This document shows positions 9,917 through 19,753 of a DNA stretch of 64,000 bases, piece after piece; the stretch's first letter is position 1; each line of letters opens with the position of its first letter. The notes under the pieces are model-generated. The model made no database searches and had not been told where the DNA came from. It saw nothing but the letters and a program-made list of their open reading frames with translations. Source of the DNA: an uncultured Trueperaceae bacterium (GTDB lineage: Bacteria > Deinococcota > Deinococci > Deinococcales > Trueperaceae); the NCBI GenBank assembly GCA_963799485.1, contig CAWCXJ010000005.1:64001-128000 (forward strand), given 5' to 3'. The position numbers were made by a program, and so were the translations under genes.

Positions 9917-10945
9917 TCACAGCGCCAACCACTCGAGCAACGCGCTGTTGTCTTCTCGACGTTGGGCGGCCAAGCGGACACAGGCCCTGAGGCCGAAGCT
10001 CGAGGCGTCCCGTACCCGAAACCCGGCGGCTTTCGCCCGCGCCGTAAACCCGGCGGCGTCCCCGACCGCTACGAGAAAAAAGCTCGCCGCACTCGCCCAC
10101 GTTTCAAAGCCCAGGTTTTGTACCCCTGTTTGAAACATTTGGCGAAGCTCGAGCAGCTCAGGAACCGTCTTTTCTACAAACGCTTGGCCTTCAGCACGGC
10201 ACCAGTGAACAGCCGCCGCAGCGGGCGTACTTACGGGCCAGGGCGGAGCTGCGCGGCGGAGGGTCTCAGCAATCTCGGGCGGCGCAGCGGCGTACCCGGC
10301 GCGAAGTCCGGCAATGCCAAAGGTTTTCGTTAAGGGAAAAAGCGTTACGGCAGCTTCGGGTATTTCCCGGGTGGCGGCGCTCAGCTCGAGATACGCCGCG
10401 TCAATCACCAGGAGGGCGTCGTGTTTTTGGCAGGTGTCAGCAACTTCTGCCAAAGATTCTTTACCCCAAGCGTGCCCGGTCGGGTTGTTCGGTTGACAGA
10501 GCCAAACCAGCGTAGGCCGGATGTTTTGAACGGCGTAAACGAGTGCGGCAACGTCCGGCTCAGCACCCTTCGCGTAAACGTTGCACATAGCTATCCTCGC
10601 ACCGTAAAGCTGCGCGGCCCGCACGTACTCGCCAAAACTCGGCGCGGCGACGAGGACACCTCTGCCGGGCTGCAAATAACACGCTGAGAGTCGGTAGATC
10701 AGCTCTGCAGCGCCGCCCAGCACGATATTTTCCAGAGGAACGCTATGAAAACGGGCTGCTGCTGTTCGCGCTTCGCCGTAACTCGGGTCGGGGTAGCTCG
10801 AGACCTCAACTGCTCCCAGCTGCCCCAGCAGTTCAGCAGGTGGCCCGAACGGGTTGCTGTTGACGCTAAAGTCGAACCGAACATGCGCGCCGTCCGGCCC
10901 GCCGTGCGCCGCGTAGGGTGGGAGCGTCAAGACGGGTTCAGGCAC
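9917..10945 (-). CDS. cobD: PLP-dependent threonine-phosphate decarboxylase
   Basis: HGG...DFSVNSNPFG, PNNPTG, LTKTFGIAGLRAGY. Confidence 0.85.
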   Translation of the reverse strand: MPEPVLTLPPYAAHGGPDGAHVRFDFSVNSNPFGPPAELLGQLGAVEVSSYPDPSYGEARTAAARFHSVPLENIVLGGAAELIYRLSACYLQPGRGVLVAAPSFGEYVRAAQLYGARIAMCNVYAKGAEPDVAALVYAVQNIRPTLVWLCQPNNPTGHAWGKESLAEVADTCQKHDALLVIDAAYLELSAATREIPEAAVTLFPLTKTFGIAGLRAGYAAAPPEIAETLRRAAPPWPVSTPAAAAVHWCRAEGQAFVEKTVPELLELRQMFQTGVQNLGFETWASAASFFLVAVGDAAGFTARAKAAGFRVRDASSFGLRACVRLAAQRREDNSALLEWLAL

Positions 10946-11867
10946 GCCTTAGCCTCGTAAGCGCGTACAGGCCGAAACCGAACAGGACGGTCAATTTAAT
11001 CACGTGTTTTGTCCGGTCGATGTCTGCGGCTGCCGGGGTGCGGCCCGTTTCGTTGAGGGTGTAGACGCCGCGCTTCTCGAGCCTTACCCCTAACCCTTTA
11101 GCGGTCAGCGCCATCGTCACACCTCCGTTTGGGCTCGGGGTACGGTTGCAGTCTCTGAGCATCAGCGCCCAGCTTCTACGCGCCGGTGCGCCGGTTAGGA
11201 GTAGCGCCGGGTAGAGCAGTGCCGCCGCGAGGCGGGCCGGAACAAAGTTCAGTACGTCGTCTGTGCGAGCGGCAAATTTGCCGAAATACTCCAACTCCGG
11301 CGTGCGGTAACCGAGTACGGCGTCGGCGGTGTTGACAAACCGGTAAACCGCCGCCCCCGGTAAGCCGAACAGCGCAAAATAAAAGAGCGGCGCAACGATG
11401 CTGTCGGTCAGGTTTTCAGCGAGCGAAGAGACAGCTGCCCCGGCAACCTCACCTTCAGAAAGCGCTGAAGTGTCGCGGCTGACGAGGTGCCACGCCAAGA
11501 GCCGCCGCGCTTCCGGTAAGTTTTCAGCAAGGAGTGCGTCCTGTACACTGTCTCCGGCTTCTAAAAGGGCCGAAAGACTGAAGAGGGGTTTGAGCATCAG
11601 CGCTGTGCCGAAGCCTTTTACGGGCCGGGGGAGACGGGCGAGTCCTTTTTCCACGGCCCAAGCCGCCGCGCCGCACGCCGCCGCGCCGATAAAGACGAAC
11701 CCTGCACCTGTCATAAACTGCTTGCGCGGGGACGAGGAGAGTTGCAACAACCAGTCCTTCAGCCCCAAATACTGCCCCATTCCCACAACCGGGTGAAACC
11801 GCGTCGGCGGTTCGCCAAAACGGGCGTCGATTAAAACGCTCAGCAGCGCCGCGCCACCCTTAGCCAT
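10938..11867 (-). CDS. cbiB: Adenosylcobinamide-phosphate synthase
   Basis: GEPP..FHPV, LVSRDT, SLAENLTD, YRFVNTADA, TPSPNGG. Confidence 0.93.
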   Translation of the reverse strand: MAKGGAALLSVLIDARFGEPPTRFHPVVGMGQYLGLKDWLLQLSSSPRKQFMTGAGFVFIGAAACGAAAWAVEKGLARLPRPVKGFGTALMLKPLFSLSALLEAGDSVQDALLAENLPEARRLLAWHLVSRDTSALSEGEVAGAAVSSLAENLTDSIVAPLFYFALFGLPGAAVYRFVNTADAVLGYRTPELEYFGKFAARTDDVLNFVPARLAAALLYPALLLTGAPARRSWALMLRDCNRTPSPNGGVTMALTAKGLGVRLEKRGVYTLNETGRTPAAADIDRTKHVIKLTVLFGFGLYALTRLRRA

Positions 11868-12433
11868 CAGTGTTCGATGCCGCGCTGCGCCGGAACATCG
11901 GCGTCGAAGGCGTGCTTGATTTTCTTCATCTCGGTGACGGTATCGGCGGCGGCAACCAGTTTTTCGTGTGCGTCGCGGCCTGTCAAGACGACGTGCAGCT
12001 TTTCCGGGCGTGACGCCAACGTTTCCACCACGTCGTCGGGACTAATCCAACCCCACGATACCGGATAGGTCACTTCGTCGAGGACAATCAGGTCGTACTG
12101 ACCGCTTAAGATAGCCGCCTTCGCCGCCTCCCAGCCGGCAACCGCGAGCGCCTGACTCTGATCCAAATCTTGTGAGCGCCACGAAAAACCGTCGCCGAGA
12201 CCTGCGAACGGAATACCCAGCTCGCTCAGCGCGCGGTGTTCGCCGAACTTGGCCCCTTCGTGCTTGATAAATTGAAACAGCCGCGTTTTGAGGCCGCGCC
12301 CGTGTGCGCGCATCAGTAGACCTAGCGCCGCCGTCGTCTTACCTTTGCCGTGCCCGGTATTGATGATGACCAGCCCGCGCCGTTCGCCCTGAGCTTTTAC
12401 GGTTTTACGGTCGGTGGGGGGTGTTTGGGACAT
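11867..12433 (-). CDS. cobO: Cob(I)alamin adenosyltransferase
   Basis: [28 protein letters not shown]. Confidence 0.93.
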   Translation of the reverse strand: MSQTPPTDRKTVKAQGERRGLVIINTGHGKGKTTAALGLLMRAHGRGLKTRLFQFIKHEGAKFGEHRALSELGIPFAGLGDGFSWRSQDLDQSQALAVAGWEAAKAAILSGQYDLIVLDEVTYPVSWGWISPDDVVETLASRPEKLHVVLTGRDAHEKLVAAADTVTEMKKIKHAFDADVPAQRGIEH

Positions 12434-12447
12434 CGTTTCTCCAATGT

Positions 12448-13141
12448 TTAGCTGGGGGTGAGAGCTGCTAACAGCGCTTTGTAGACCGTTTCGGCAACCA
12501 GAAAGCCGGGTGGGGTGGCGAGCCCGGCGTAAAGGCTGTAGGGGTTTGGGTTCAAGTTGATGATGGTTACTGTGTCGGTGGTCGTGCCGGTGGCGGTTTC
12601 GCCGAAACGGGTGGTAACGCCCGCTTTTCTGAAGGCAGCGGCTTTTGCTTCGGTGGCGCTCTGCACCGCGCCGATAAGGGCGGCGGGGCTCAGGCGACCC
12701 TCGAGCAACACAATGATATTGACTGTACCCGCAGGCTCTCCCAGCGTAAACCGTCCCCCCGCCGCTGCTGCGTTGCCGACGCCCGCCGTAACCAGGGCGT
12801 GAACCCGCCAGCCTGAACGCTCAGCCGTCACAACCTGCACATCAGCCATGCCGACCGCCGTGATGAGCCCGACGGTTGTTTCGGGCGAGAGTCCCAAACG
12901 CGCCACATACTGCGTCATATCGGCTTCGGGGTCGTCACTAGAATGGTCACTGTGCCAGTTTTTATCGACGCTCCGGTTGACGACGGCGCGGCGGAGGCCG
13001 AAACCGCCGTTTAGGGGGGCGCTCGAAGACCCCCTCACAAGCTTCGTCAAACGTGATGATTAGATGATGTCCCCGGCTCTCAGTCGGTAAGGTGCGCTCA
13101 ACCTTAACGCCGGGAATAGCCAGGTTTACGGCGTCGGTCAT
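12448..13141 (-). pseudogene. cbiZ: Adenosylcobinamide amidohydrolase with one frameshift near 13030-13040 (pseudogene or sequencing error)
   Basis: Starts MTDAVNLAIPG at 13141 (ATGA overlap with cobS). After a G5 run it continues in another frame as SSAPLNGG...GLITAV...TAGVGN...GTVNI...ATEAK...ATGTTTD. Confidence 0.85.
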
Positions 13142-13866
13142 AGGAGTACCGCGACGCTCAGCATAACGGCTTCGCTCGTCTCGATCAGTGCGCCGTAAGC
13201 GTCGCCGCCGAGCCCGCCTAGCCGGTTTGACAGCCACGGAGCGAGCAGCGAAATGGTAAAAAGTGCTGCGAACGTCAACCCCAAAAAAGCCGTCAGCGTT
13301 TGCGTCAGGACAGCTGCGCCAAGTCCCAGCGCCAAACCCAAGACGAGTGGAAACCACGCAGCAGCGAGTCCCGGTTGGGTGTTTTGTCCAAGTCGGCTCG
13401 AGCCGTGCGTCCTCCCCAGCGCCAGCGGTAATATGATAAGTGTCCGGCTCAAAAGCAAAGTGAGCAGGAGAAGGGCGGGTTGCACGCTCCCGAGCACCGC
13501 CGCCTTGACGAGTAACAGCACGCCACCTGCGGCAAGCGCAAACGCACCCAAATGCGGGTCTTTAGCGATCTTCTGACGTTCTTCGGGCGACTTGCTCGCG
13601 AACGCTGCGTCCGCCACGTCGCAAAATCCGTCGAAGTGGAGCGCGCCGGTCAAAAGTAGCGATGTGCCCAGCAGGAGCGCACCGCGTAGCGTGTCCGGCA
13701 GCGGCCCCAACATCCACGCTGCGCCCCACAAAATAGCGCCGAGCAGCAGCCCGACGAGCGGATACGCCCGCACGCTCCGCCGCGCGTCGCCCTCTCGCCA
13801 CACGTTTACGGGGGGCAGCGGCAGCGTCGTTAAAAACGTCAGGGCGACGTGCAGGGCGCGGACCAT
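13138..13866 (-). CDS. cobS: Adenosylcobinamide-GDP ribazoletransferase (cobalamin synthase)
   Basis: ALTFLTTLP, TGALHFDGFCDVAD, KDPHLGAF, GGLGGDAYGA. Confidence 0.93.
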   Translation of the reverse strand: MVRALHVALTFLTTLPLPPVNVWREGDARRSVRAYPLVGLLLGAILWGAAWMLGPLPDTLRGALLLGTSLLLTGALHFDGFCDVADAAFASKSPEERQKIAKDPHLGAFALAAGGVLLLVKAAVLGSVQPALLLLTLLLSRTLIILPLALGRTHGSSRLGQNTQPGLAAAWFPLVLGLALGLGAAVLTQTLTAFLGLTFAALFTISLLAPWLSNRLGGLGGDAYGALIETSEAVMLSVAVLL

Positions 13867-13872
13867 GTGAGG

Positions 13873-14760
13873 CTAGCGGGTTGCGGGACCGAATACGCTG
13901 GGATGGAGCGCCCGCGCAAAAAACGCTACCGCGTCGCCGATGCGTGGCCCCGGGCGGCTGATGGCGTCATTGATGACCGAATCTGTCGGAACGACGCGCT
14001 CATTTTTTACGGCGTCGATGCCCGCCCAACCGGGGCGCTCCGGCAGCGTTGCCGCGTCGCCTTCGCTGGTGATAATAACTTCGGGGTCGGCGGCGACAAT
14101 ATATTCGGGATCTAACTGCGGAAAGTCGCCTAAGCCTGCCGCGACGATGTTTTGGCCCCCGGCGCGGCTTAAGAGCACCCCGATAAACGAGTTCGGCCCG
14201 ACGCTGTAGGGGGTCGGGTCGATCTCGTAGTAGACCGAAACCGGCTCGAGCCCCTCGGCCCGCTCGCGTATCGCCCGGATACGCCCCTGAACTCGCCCGC
14301 TCAGGAGCGCCGCTTCGGTTTCACGGTTTAAGAGCGCACCCAGCACCGTAAACTTTTGGAACACTTCGCCAAAGGTCTGCGCGGTTCCGGCGTAGACGGG
14401 GATACCGAGTTGCCGCAGCGCCCCCGCGAGGTCGGACGATTCATCGACCAACACCAGGTCGGGGTTCAGGGCGACGATGGCCTCGAGGTTCGGTTCGAAC
14501 GCGCTGCCGAGTTTAGGCAACTCTTTAATACTTGCCGGAAAATTGCTGTAGGTATCGACGCCGACGAGTTTGTCGCAGGCGTTTAAGGCGCAGAGCGTTT
14601 CGGTATGACTCGGAATCATCGCCACGACGCGCGTCGGTTCGGCGGTGAGCGTCACTTCAAACCCCAAGTCGTCGGTGACCGTGTACGGATAGGTCGTTGC
14701 GTTAGCGACGAATCCAAACCATAAAACCACCGCAAATAAAACTTTGATAGAGCCCTTCAT
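13873..14760 (-). CDS. btuF: Cobalamin ABC transporter substrate-binding protein
   Basis: Signal peptide; PSHTETLCAL, LEAIVALNPDLV, SRPGPRI; first gene after the riboswitch. Confidence 0.85.
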   Translation of the reverse strand: MKGSIKVLFAVVLWFGFVANATTYPYTVTDDLGFEVTLTAEPTRVVAMIPSHTETLCALNACDKLVGVDTYSNFPASIKELPKLGSAFEPNLEAIVALNPDLVLVDESSDLAGALRQLGIPVYAGTAQTFGEVFQKFTVLGALLNRETEAALLSGRVQGRIRAIRERAEGLEPVSVYYEIDPTPYSVGPNSFIGVLLSRAGGQNIVAAGLGDFPQLDPEYIVAADPEVIITSEGDAATLPERPGWAGIDAVKNERVVPTDSVINDAISRPGPRIGDAVAFFARALHPSVFGPATR

Positions 14761-14894
14761 GGTGCCTCCTCGGGCACCCGAGCAGCGGCAATTTGTTGAG
14801 GGTTAGGCCGACACCGTAAAAGTGGCTACTGACAAGCAGCTACCGTCATACCGTGAGCGCCGCCCGCCTCGGTCCGCGCCAGGGGTGCGTCTAG

Positions 14895-15010
14895 CGTCAA
14901 CACGCCGGTATTCGGGCTTCGCCGCGAGGTTTTGCGTTAAGACCTGTAGACGTTACCGTTGCGGGACAGCGCCGGACTTTCACCGGACTTCCCCAGCGTG
15001 GTGCGTGAGG
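14895..15010 (-). ncRNA. Cobalamin riboswitch
   Basis: Minus strand GGGAAGTCCGGTGAAAGTCCGGCGCTGTCCCGCAACGGTAA...AAGCCCGAATACC, closed by ACGCTGG/CCGGCGT pairing; upstream of btuF-cob. Confidence 0.92.
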
Positions 15011-15522
15011 GAGTTTACGGCGAAGGGGGCGAGGTTGTCAATTACAGGTGTCGATTACAGGCGTTAATCAAGCCGGTTTTGCGGGAGAGAAACCGATATC
15101 GGGAGAACCGTCCGGTTCGGGACTCGAGCCCCCTCTTTAGAGGTCCGTGTACCCGACTCCGACCTTCATCAAAATATCGGGGGTAGTACGGTTGTGCGCC
15201 CCGGCGACTATCCTAAAACAAAATAAACGTGCGCGCAGACGTACTTTCTCGGCTACGGCAAGGCTCTGTGTGTACTGCTTTTCTGATACAGAAGTCCCTA
15301 TCTATTTACGTGTTTTAAGCTTACGGTGAAACACAAGTCACGTAGCTACCTGAACCGTCCGTGCAAATCAGGCCGAGGGCGTGTCGGGGCTACTGCCAGC
15401 GCATGAAAACATGATGGCAGTGTTGCAACGACCCCAGTGCGACGCTTTGGCGGTTTTGTAGCAGAGAGGCGTTTATCAAGCAAAACCAGGTCAGCGCCGT
15501 TTGGCAAGCCGAACCGCATCAG

Positions 15523-16602
15523 TTGCGGGCGATTCTCAAGGGTCTCGCCGAAGGTCTCGTGACCTTCGACTTGCGCGGCGACGTCCTCAACCTCAACGCG
15601 TCGGCGCGCCGTCTTTACGGTATCGGAGAAACGACCCGCAACCTTGCAGTTGCCGAGCTCGCGGCGTACTGGTATCCGGACGGGAACGCGGTTCCGGACG
15701 AGGCGACGCCCGCTGCGCGGGTGCTGCGCGGTGAGACCTTTACGGCGTATGAGCTGTGGACGCGCCCGCATCACGGTGCAAACGGAGGGACAAGTAGTGG
15801 CAGCGCGAGCAAGTCCGGGCGTAATGAGGGGCGGTGGTTGGGGGCGTACAGCGGTACTCAGGTCGAAGATTCGCAGACGCTCGGGGTGCTGACGGTAAGC
15901 GACGTCACCAGGGAGCGCGAGCTCGCGGCCCGCTTTAGAGCCGCTTTTACGGTCAACCCGACCGCTATCAGCATCCTCCGGCTTAGCGACCTGCGTTTCA
16001 ACGACGTCAACGAAAGTTTTCTCGAGCTGACCGGCTACACCCGCGACGAGGTGGTCGGCAAGACCGCTGCCGACCTCAAGCTGTTTTTGGAGTACGGCAA
16101 ACGCGACGCCGCGCTCCGGCAGATGCGGCGCAACCGCAGCGACCAGGTTACCGAACACGAGGCGAGCTTGCAAACGAAAACCGGCGAGCAGCGCGAGGTT
16201 TCAAGTGAAGGCCGGGTGATTTTCTTCGACAGCGACCCGCACCTGATCGACACCTATATAGATATTACCGACCGTAAACGCTCCGAGCGCGAGCTGATGC
16301 AGGCGATTCAGGCGACGATGAGCGACACCTCGTGGTTTACCCGCGTGGTGATGGAAAAGCTTGCCGAGATACGCGCGGGTGGCGGGGTGCAACCGGGTCT
16401 CGAGCAGCTCACCAGGCGTGAACAAGGAGTCCTGGAGCTGCTCGCCCAGGGCTACGGCAATGAGCAGATTGCCCGCGAGTTGGGTTTGTCGAAACACACC
16501 GTCCGCAACTACGTGGCGACCATCTACAGCAAGCTCGAGGTCAAGTCGCGGGCCGAGGCGGTGGTCTGGGCGCGCGAGCGCGGGCTTATCTTTCCGGTCT
16601 AG
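15523..16602 (+). CDS. PAS-domain LuxR-family transcriptional regulator
   Basis: Two PAS-like segments (VNESFLELTGYTRDEVVGK) and a C-terminal HTH (LTRREQGVLELLAQGYGNEQIARELGLSKHTVRNY). Start codon uncertain. Confidence 0.88.
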   Translation: MRAILKGLAEGLVTFDLRGDVLNLNASARRLYGIGETTRNLAVAELAAYWYPDGNAVPDEATPAARVLRGETFTAYELWTRPHHGANGGTSSGSASKSGRNEGRWLGAYSGTQVEDSQTLGVLTVSDVTRERELAARFRAAFTVNPTAISILRLSDLRFNDVNESFLELTGYTRDEVVGKTAADLKLFLEYGKRDAALRQMRRNRSDQVTEHEASLQTKTGEQREVSSEGRVIFFDSDPHLIDTYIDITDRKRSERELMQAIQATMSDTSWFTRVVMEKLAEIRAGGGVQPGLEQLTRREQGVLELLAQGYGNEQIARELGLSKHTVRNYVATIYSKLEVKSRAEAVVWARERGLIFPV

Positions 16603-16660
16603 ACTACAACCCGGTTCACGTGACAGACAGTGCTGCTATACCCCGAACCGACCGGGAACC

Positions 16661-16744
16661 GGTGGTGCGCAGCTAAACTGGTAGTGCGCAGCTAAACCCA
16701 CAGTTGTGTATCTAAACCTGTAGTTGTGTATCTAAACCTATAGT
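16661..16744 (+). repeat. Four degenerate ~20-bp tandem repeats
   Basis: ggtggtgcgcagctaaact / ggtagtgcgcagctaaaccc / acagttgtgtatctaaacct / gtagttgtgtatctaaacct. Confidence 0.85.
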
Positions 16745-16818
16745 GAAGCTGTGCTCACAGGCGGAGACTACACGAGCCTCGCGCGTAACTCGAGGTTTGT
16801 GCCAAGAAAGGAATCATC

Positions 16819-17373
16819 GTGAGCACACCCGCCAAGAAACCGACGAGCCGCCCCAGCGACGAGGCCGACGAAACACAGCTTCAGCAGGCCAAAGCCGAAG
16901 GTCAGGCGTATGTAAAATCTCTGGACTACATGGCAAACGAGGTCGCCGATACGGGCGGCAAACAGCGCGCGGGTGAATACCTGATCGGCTTCGCGCAGGA
17001 GCGAGCCGAGGGGATGTATCGCCTGAAAGAGGGGGGGCTCGAGTGGGTAGAGCCTCGTGACGAAAACTGCCATATCGAAATTGCCGTCGTAGACGCCACC
17101 GACCACCGCTTTATTCCTTACCTGGACATCGACGTTACGGTGACGAATGCGAGCGGCAACGAGGTGACAACCTTCAAGCCGGAGTTTTTATGGCACCCCG
17201 GTTTGTTTCACTACGGCAAAGATATAAAACTTCCGGGTGACGGCGCGTACAACCTGCACGTCAAGATCGCCGCGCCGAACTTTCCGCGTCACGACAAGGT
17301 AAACGGCAAACGTTACGCCGAACCCGCCCAAGTGACGTTCGAGGGCGTGCAGATAAAAACGGGGCAGGAGTAA
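16819..17373 (+). CDS. P19/Tp34-like metal (Fe2+) transport family protein without a signal peptide
   Basis: HIEIAV..RFIPYLDI, FLWHPGLFHYGKDIKLPGDGAY, FPRHDK motifs. Confidence 0.7.
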   Translation: MSTPAKKPTSRPSDEADETQLQQAKAEGQAYVKSLDYMANEVADTGGKQRAGEYLIGFAQERAEGMYRLKEGGLEWVEPRDENCHIEIAVVDATDHRFIPYLDIDVTVTNASGNEVTTFKPEFLWHPGLFHYGKDIKLPGDGAYNLHVKIAAPNFPRHDKVNGKRYAEPAQVTFEGVQIKTGQE

Positions 17374-17383
17374 GATTGCCGAG

Positions 17384-18619
17384 GTGCTTGTGACCTCGTT
17401 TTACACAGCGTTGACCTTGATCGGCGGTCTTTTGCTGCTTTTAGGCGTTACTTCCGGCCTGATTAAAAGAGACCTGTACCTGTCCGAGCCGCTCGTCGCG
17501 CTGCTTTTGGGGGTGCTGATCGGGCCGGGTGTTCTCGGTTTTATCCAGGTCGCCAACTGGGGCGATGAGACCGTCGTCTTGCAAGAGGCCGCCCGGTTTA
17601 CGCTGGCTATCTCGCTCATGGGTGTAGCGTTGCGGTTGCCACGGCGCTACATCTTCGAGAACTGGCGACCGCTCGGGGTGTTACTCGGAGCTATCATGCC
17701 GCTGATGTGGCTCGTAAGCAGCCTGCTCGTCTACCTCATTTTGCCCTTGCCCCCACTTGTTGCGCTGCTTGTCGGGGCGGCGCTGACCCCGACCGACCCG
17801 GTGGTGGCGTCGTCTATCGTGAGCGGGCGGCTGGCAGAAAAAAATATTCCTGCGCGCCTGCGAAACGTGTTGTCGGCAGAATCCGGAGCGAACGACGGCC
17901 TCGCGCTGCCGTTTGTGATGCTGCCCCTTTTACTCCTCGAGGCCACCCCCCGCGACGCCTTCACGGAGTGGCTGGGCCGCACCGTCTTGTGGGAAGTCGG
18001 CGTCGCGACGCTGCTCGGGGCGCTGCTGGGGTTTCTGGCAACGCGCCTGCTGCACTGGTCGTGGACACGGCAGGTCGGTGAAAAGGTACCGCTTTTGGCC
18101 GTTGTACTCTCGCTCTCGCTGACGGTGCTGGGGGTCAGCAGGCTTCTGGAAAGCGACGCGGTGCTGGCTGTTTTCGTGTCGGGCGTAGCCTTTAATCGCA
18201 CCTATCGGGGGGAGGGTGAGGGTCTGGAGCATTTTGCCGGGGTACAGGAGATCGTCACCCGTTTTTTCGAGTTACCCGTTTTCGTGTTGTTCGGCGCAGC
18301 ACTGCCGTGGGCGGCGTGGCTGACTTTGGGTTGGCGGGGCCTGCTGCTGGCAGCAGCCGTGCTGCTACTGCGCCGCCTGCCCGGCTTTTTGTTACTGGGC
18401 CGCTTTATCGGACCGCTACATACTGCCAGGGACGTGCGGCTCCTCGGCTGGTTCGGCCCCATCGGGATTTCTGCGCTCTTTTACGGGGCGCTCAGCTTAA
18501 ACCAAGGCGCAGCGGAAGCTGTTTGGACGGTTGTCAGCCTGGTCACGTTCGTGTCGGTTCTCGCGTTCGGCGTAACGGCGACGCCGCTGACCCGCGCCTA
18601 CGGGCAAAGTACCCGGTAG
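17384..18619 (+). CDS. Cation:proton antiporter (CPA1/NhaP-like)
   Basis: PTDPVVAS, ESGANDG, GWFGPIG; about 12 TM helices. Confidence 0.9.
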   Translation: MLVTSFYTALTLIGGLLLLLGVTSGLIKRDLYLSEPLVALLLGVLIGPGVLGFIQVANWGDETVVLQEAARFTLAISLMGVALRLPRRYIFENWRPLGVLLGAIMPLMWLVSSLLVYLILPLPPLVALLVGAALTPTDPVVASSIVSGRLAEKNIPARLRNVLSAESGANDGLALPFVMLPLLLLEATPRDAFTEWLGRTVLWEVGVATLLGALLGFLATRLLHWSWTRQVGEKVPLLAVVLSLSLTVLGVSRLLESDAVLAVFVSGVAFNRTYRGEGEGLEHFAGVQEIVTRFFELPVFVLFGAALPWAAWLTLGWRGLLLAAAVLLLRRLPGFLLLGRFIGPLHTARDVRLLGWFGPIGISALFYGALSLNQGAAEAVWTVVSLVTFVSVLAFGVTATPLTRAYGQSTR

Positions 18620-18632
18620 GTATCTGCATAAA

Positions 18633-18860
18633 CTAGGCTGTGTTGACAATTCACCGTAACCAGATGAGCGCCGAAGCGAAGTGCAAGAAGCTGAGGTAGT
18701 TACGAGCGAACTTATCAAACCTTGAGAAGCAGCGCCTATACTGCTTGAGCTTGTTGAAAAAGCACTCGCCCAAGTGGCGCTCCTGATACAGTTCCTCGTC
18801 GTAGTCCCGTTGCTCTTCGCGGTTGGATTGGGGCGGAATCACCGCTTCAGCCCCAACCCA
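18633..18860 (-). mobile_element. IS5-family remnant (transposase C-terminus plus one end)
   Basis: AVIPP..NR...YQERHLGECFFNKLKQYRR..RFDK.ARNYL..LIWLR, followed by an end-like sequence (plus strand CTAGGCTGTGTTGACAATT). N-terminus absent. Confidence 0.85.
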
Positions 18861-18883
18861 CCCTAAAAAACCGCGTAACAAGC

Positions 18884-19462
18884 TCACCCCCGTAAAAAGT
18901 CCGTCGGCGCGTCCTCTAAAGGCGGCAAATCGTCCAGCGACCGTAAACCGAACTCCAAGAGAAACCTGCCCGTCGTCCCGTACAACAGCGGCCTGCCGAG
19001 AACGTCTTTACGGCCCACCACCTTGATGAGTTCACGTTCTTGCAAGGTCTCCAGCGTCGAAGAACACGAACTGCCCCGGGCGGCCTCGAGCTCCCCCCTT
19101 GTGATCGGCTGCTGATACGCCACGAGCGCCAAAGTCTCCAGAGCTGCCGCCGAGAGTTGCGGCAACGGCGGCGGCGAGAGGAGCGCCCCCAAGTCGGGCG
19201 TTAGTACCGGGTCAACAATCAGCCGGTAACCCCCCGCCACCTCTTCTAATACCAGCCCCAGATGCGCTTCTCGCAACGTGCCCCGCAGGTCTTGCACCGC
19301 AGCCTCGAGTTCGGCAGGGGACTCGAGCCCCAAAAGCACGACGAGTTCACGGGGTAAAAGCGGCCTCCCCGCACCCAAAAGCCCGGCACACAGGAGCGCC
19401 CGCCGACGCAAGTTAGCAACGTCTGGACGGTCTAAAATCTCGAGAACAGAAAGTGCGGACAC
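18884..19462 (-). CDS. scpB: SMC-Scp complex subunit ScpB
   Basis: LSAAALETLALVAYQQPITR, GRPLLYGTT..FL..FGL.SL.DLP. Confidence 0.93.
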   Translation of the reverse strand: MSALSVLEILDRPDVANLRRRALLCAGLLGAGRPLLPRELVVLLGLESPAELEAAVQDLRGTLREAHLGLVLEEVAGGYRLIVDPVLTPDLGALLSPPPLPQLSAAALETLALVAYQQPITRGELEAARGSSCSSTLETLQERELIKVVGRKDVLGRPLLYGTTGRFLLEFGLRSLDDLPPLEDAPTDFLRG

Positions 19463-19498
19463 CTACAAGCGTAACACGGGAGGTTTCGCAATGAGGCG

Positions 19499-19565
19499 AA
19501 AGCAACGAGCAGCGCGTAAAAGCTTTTGGTTTTCCCTCATTGCCCACTGCTCGGCACTCATTGCT
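19499..19565 (-). repeat. Dispersed ~67-bp repeat, copy A
   Basis: Reverse complement agcaatgagtgccgagcagtgggcaatgagggaaaaccaaaagcttttacgcgctgctc aligns with 26638-26705. Confidence 0.8.
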
Positions 19566-19618
19566 GCTGTCCCACTTATTGCTGTTGAGTTTTCAACACG
19601 TGCTGCACCCGCTTTTTC

Positions 19619-19652
19619 TGTAAGAATTTTGTAAGAACTTACTGAGTATTCT
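19619..19652 (+). promoter_or_regulatory. Pilin promoter: direct-repeat site plus -10 box
   Basis: TGTAAGAATTTTGTAAGAAC-N8-TATTCT. Confidence 0.65.
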
Positions 19653-19753
19653 CACTACAGCGAACGAAGAAAGGTTCGCAAAGCACTAAAAAGAGCAACC
19701 GGCCATCCCAAATCCCATCATCCGGGCGCTCGCCAACCCAAAGGAGCAACACC

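Noticed and set aside
16661..16744. Possible CRISPR array
   Set aside because: The repeats are contiguous with no unique spacers, and there are no cas genes.
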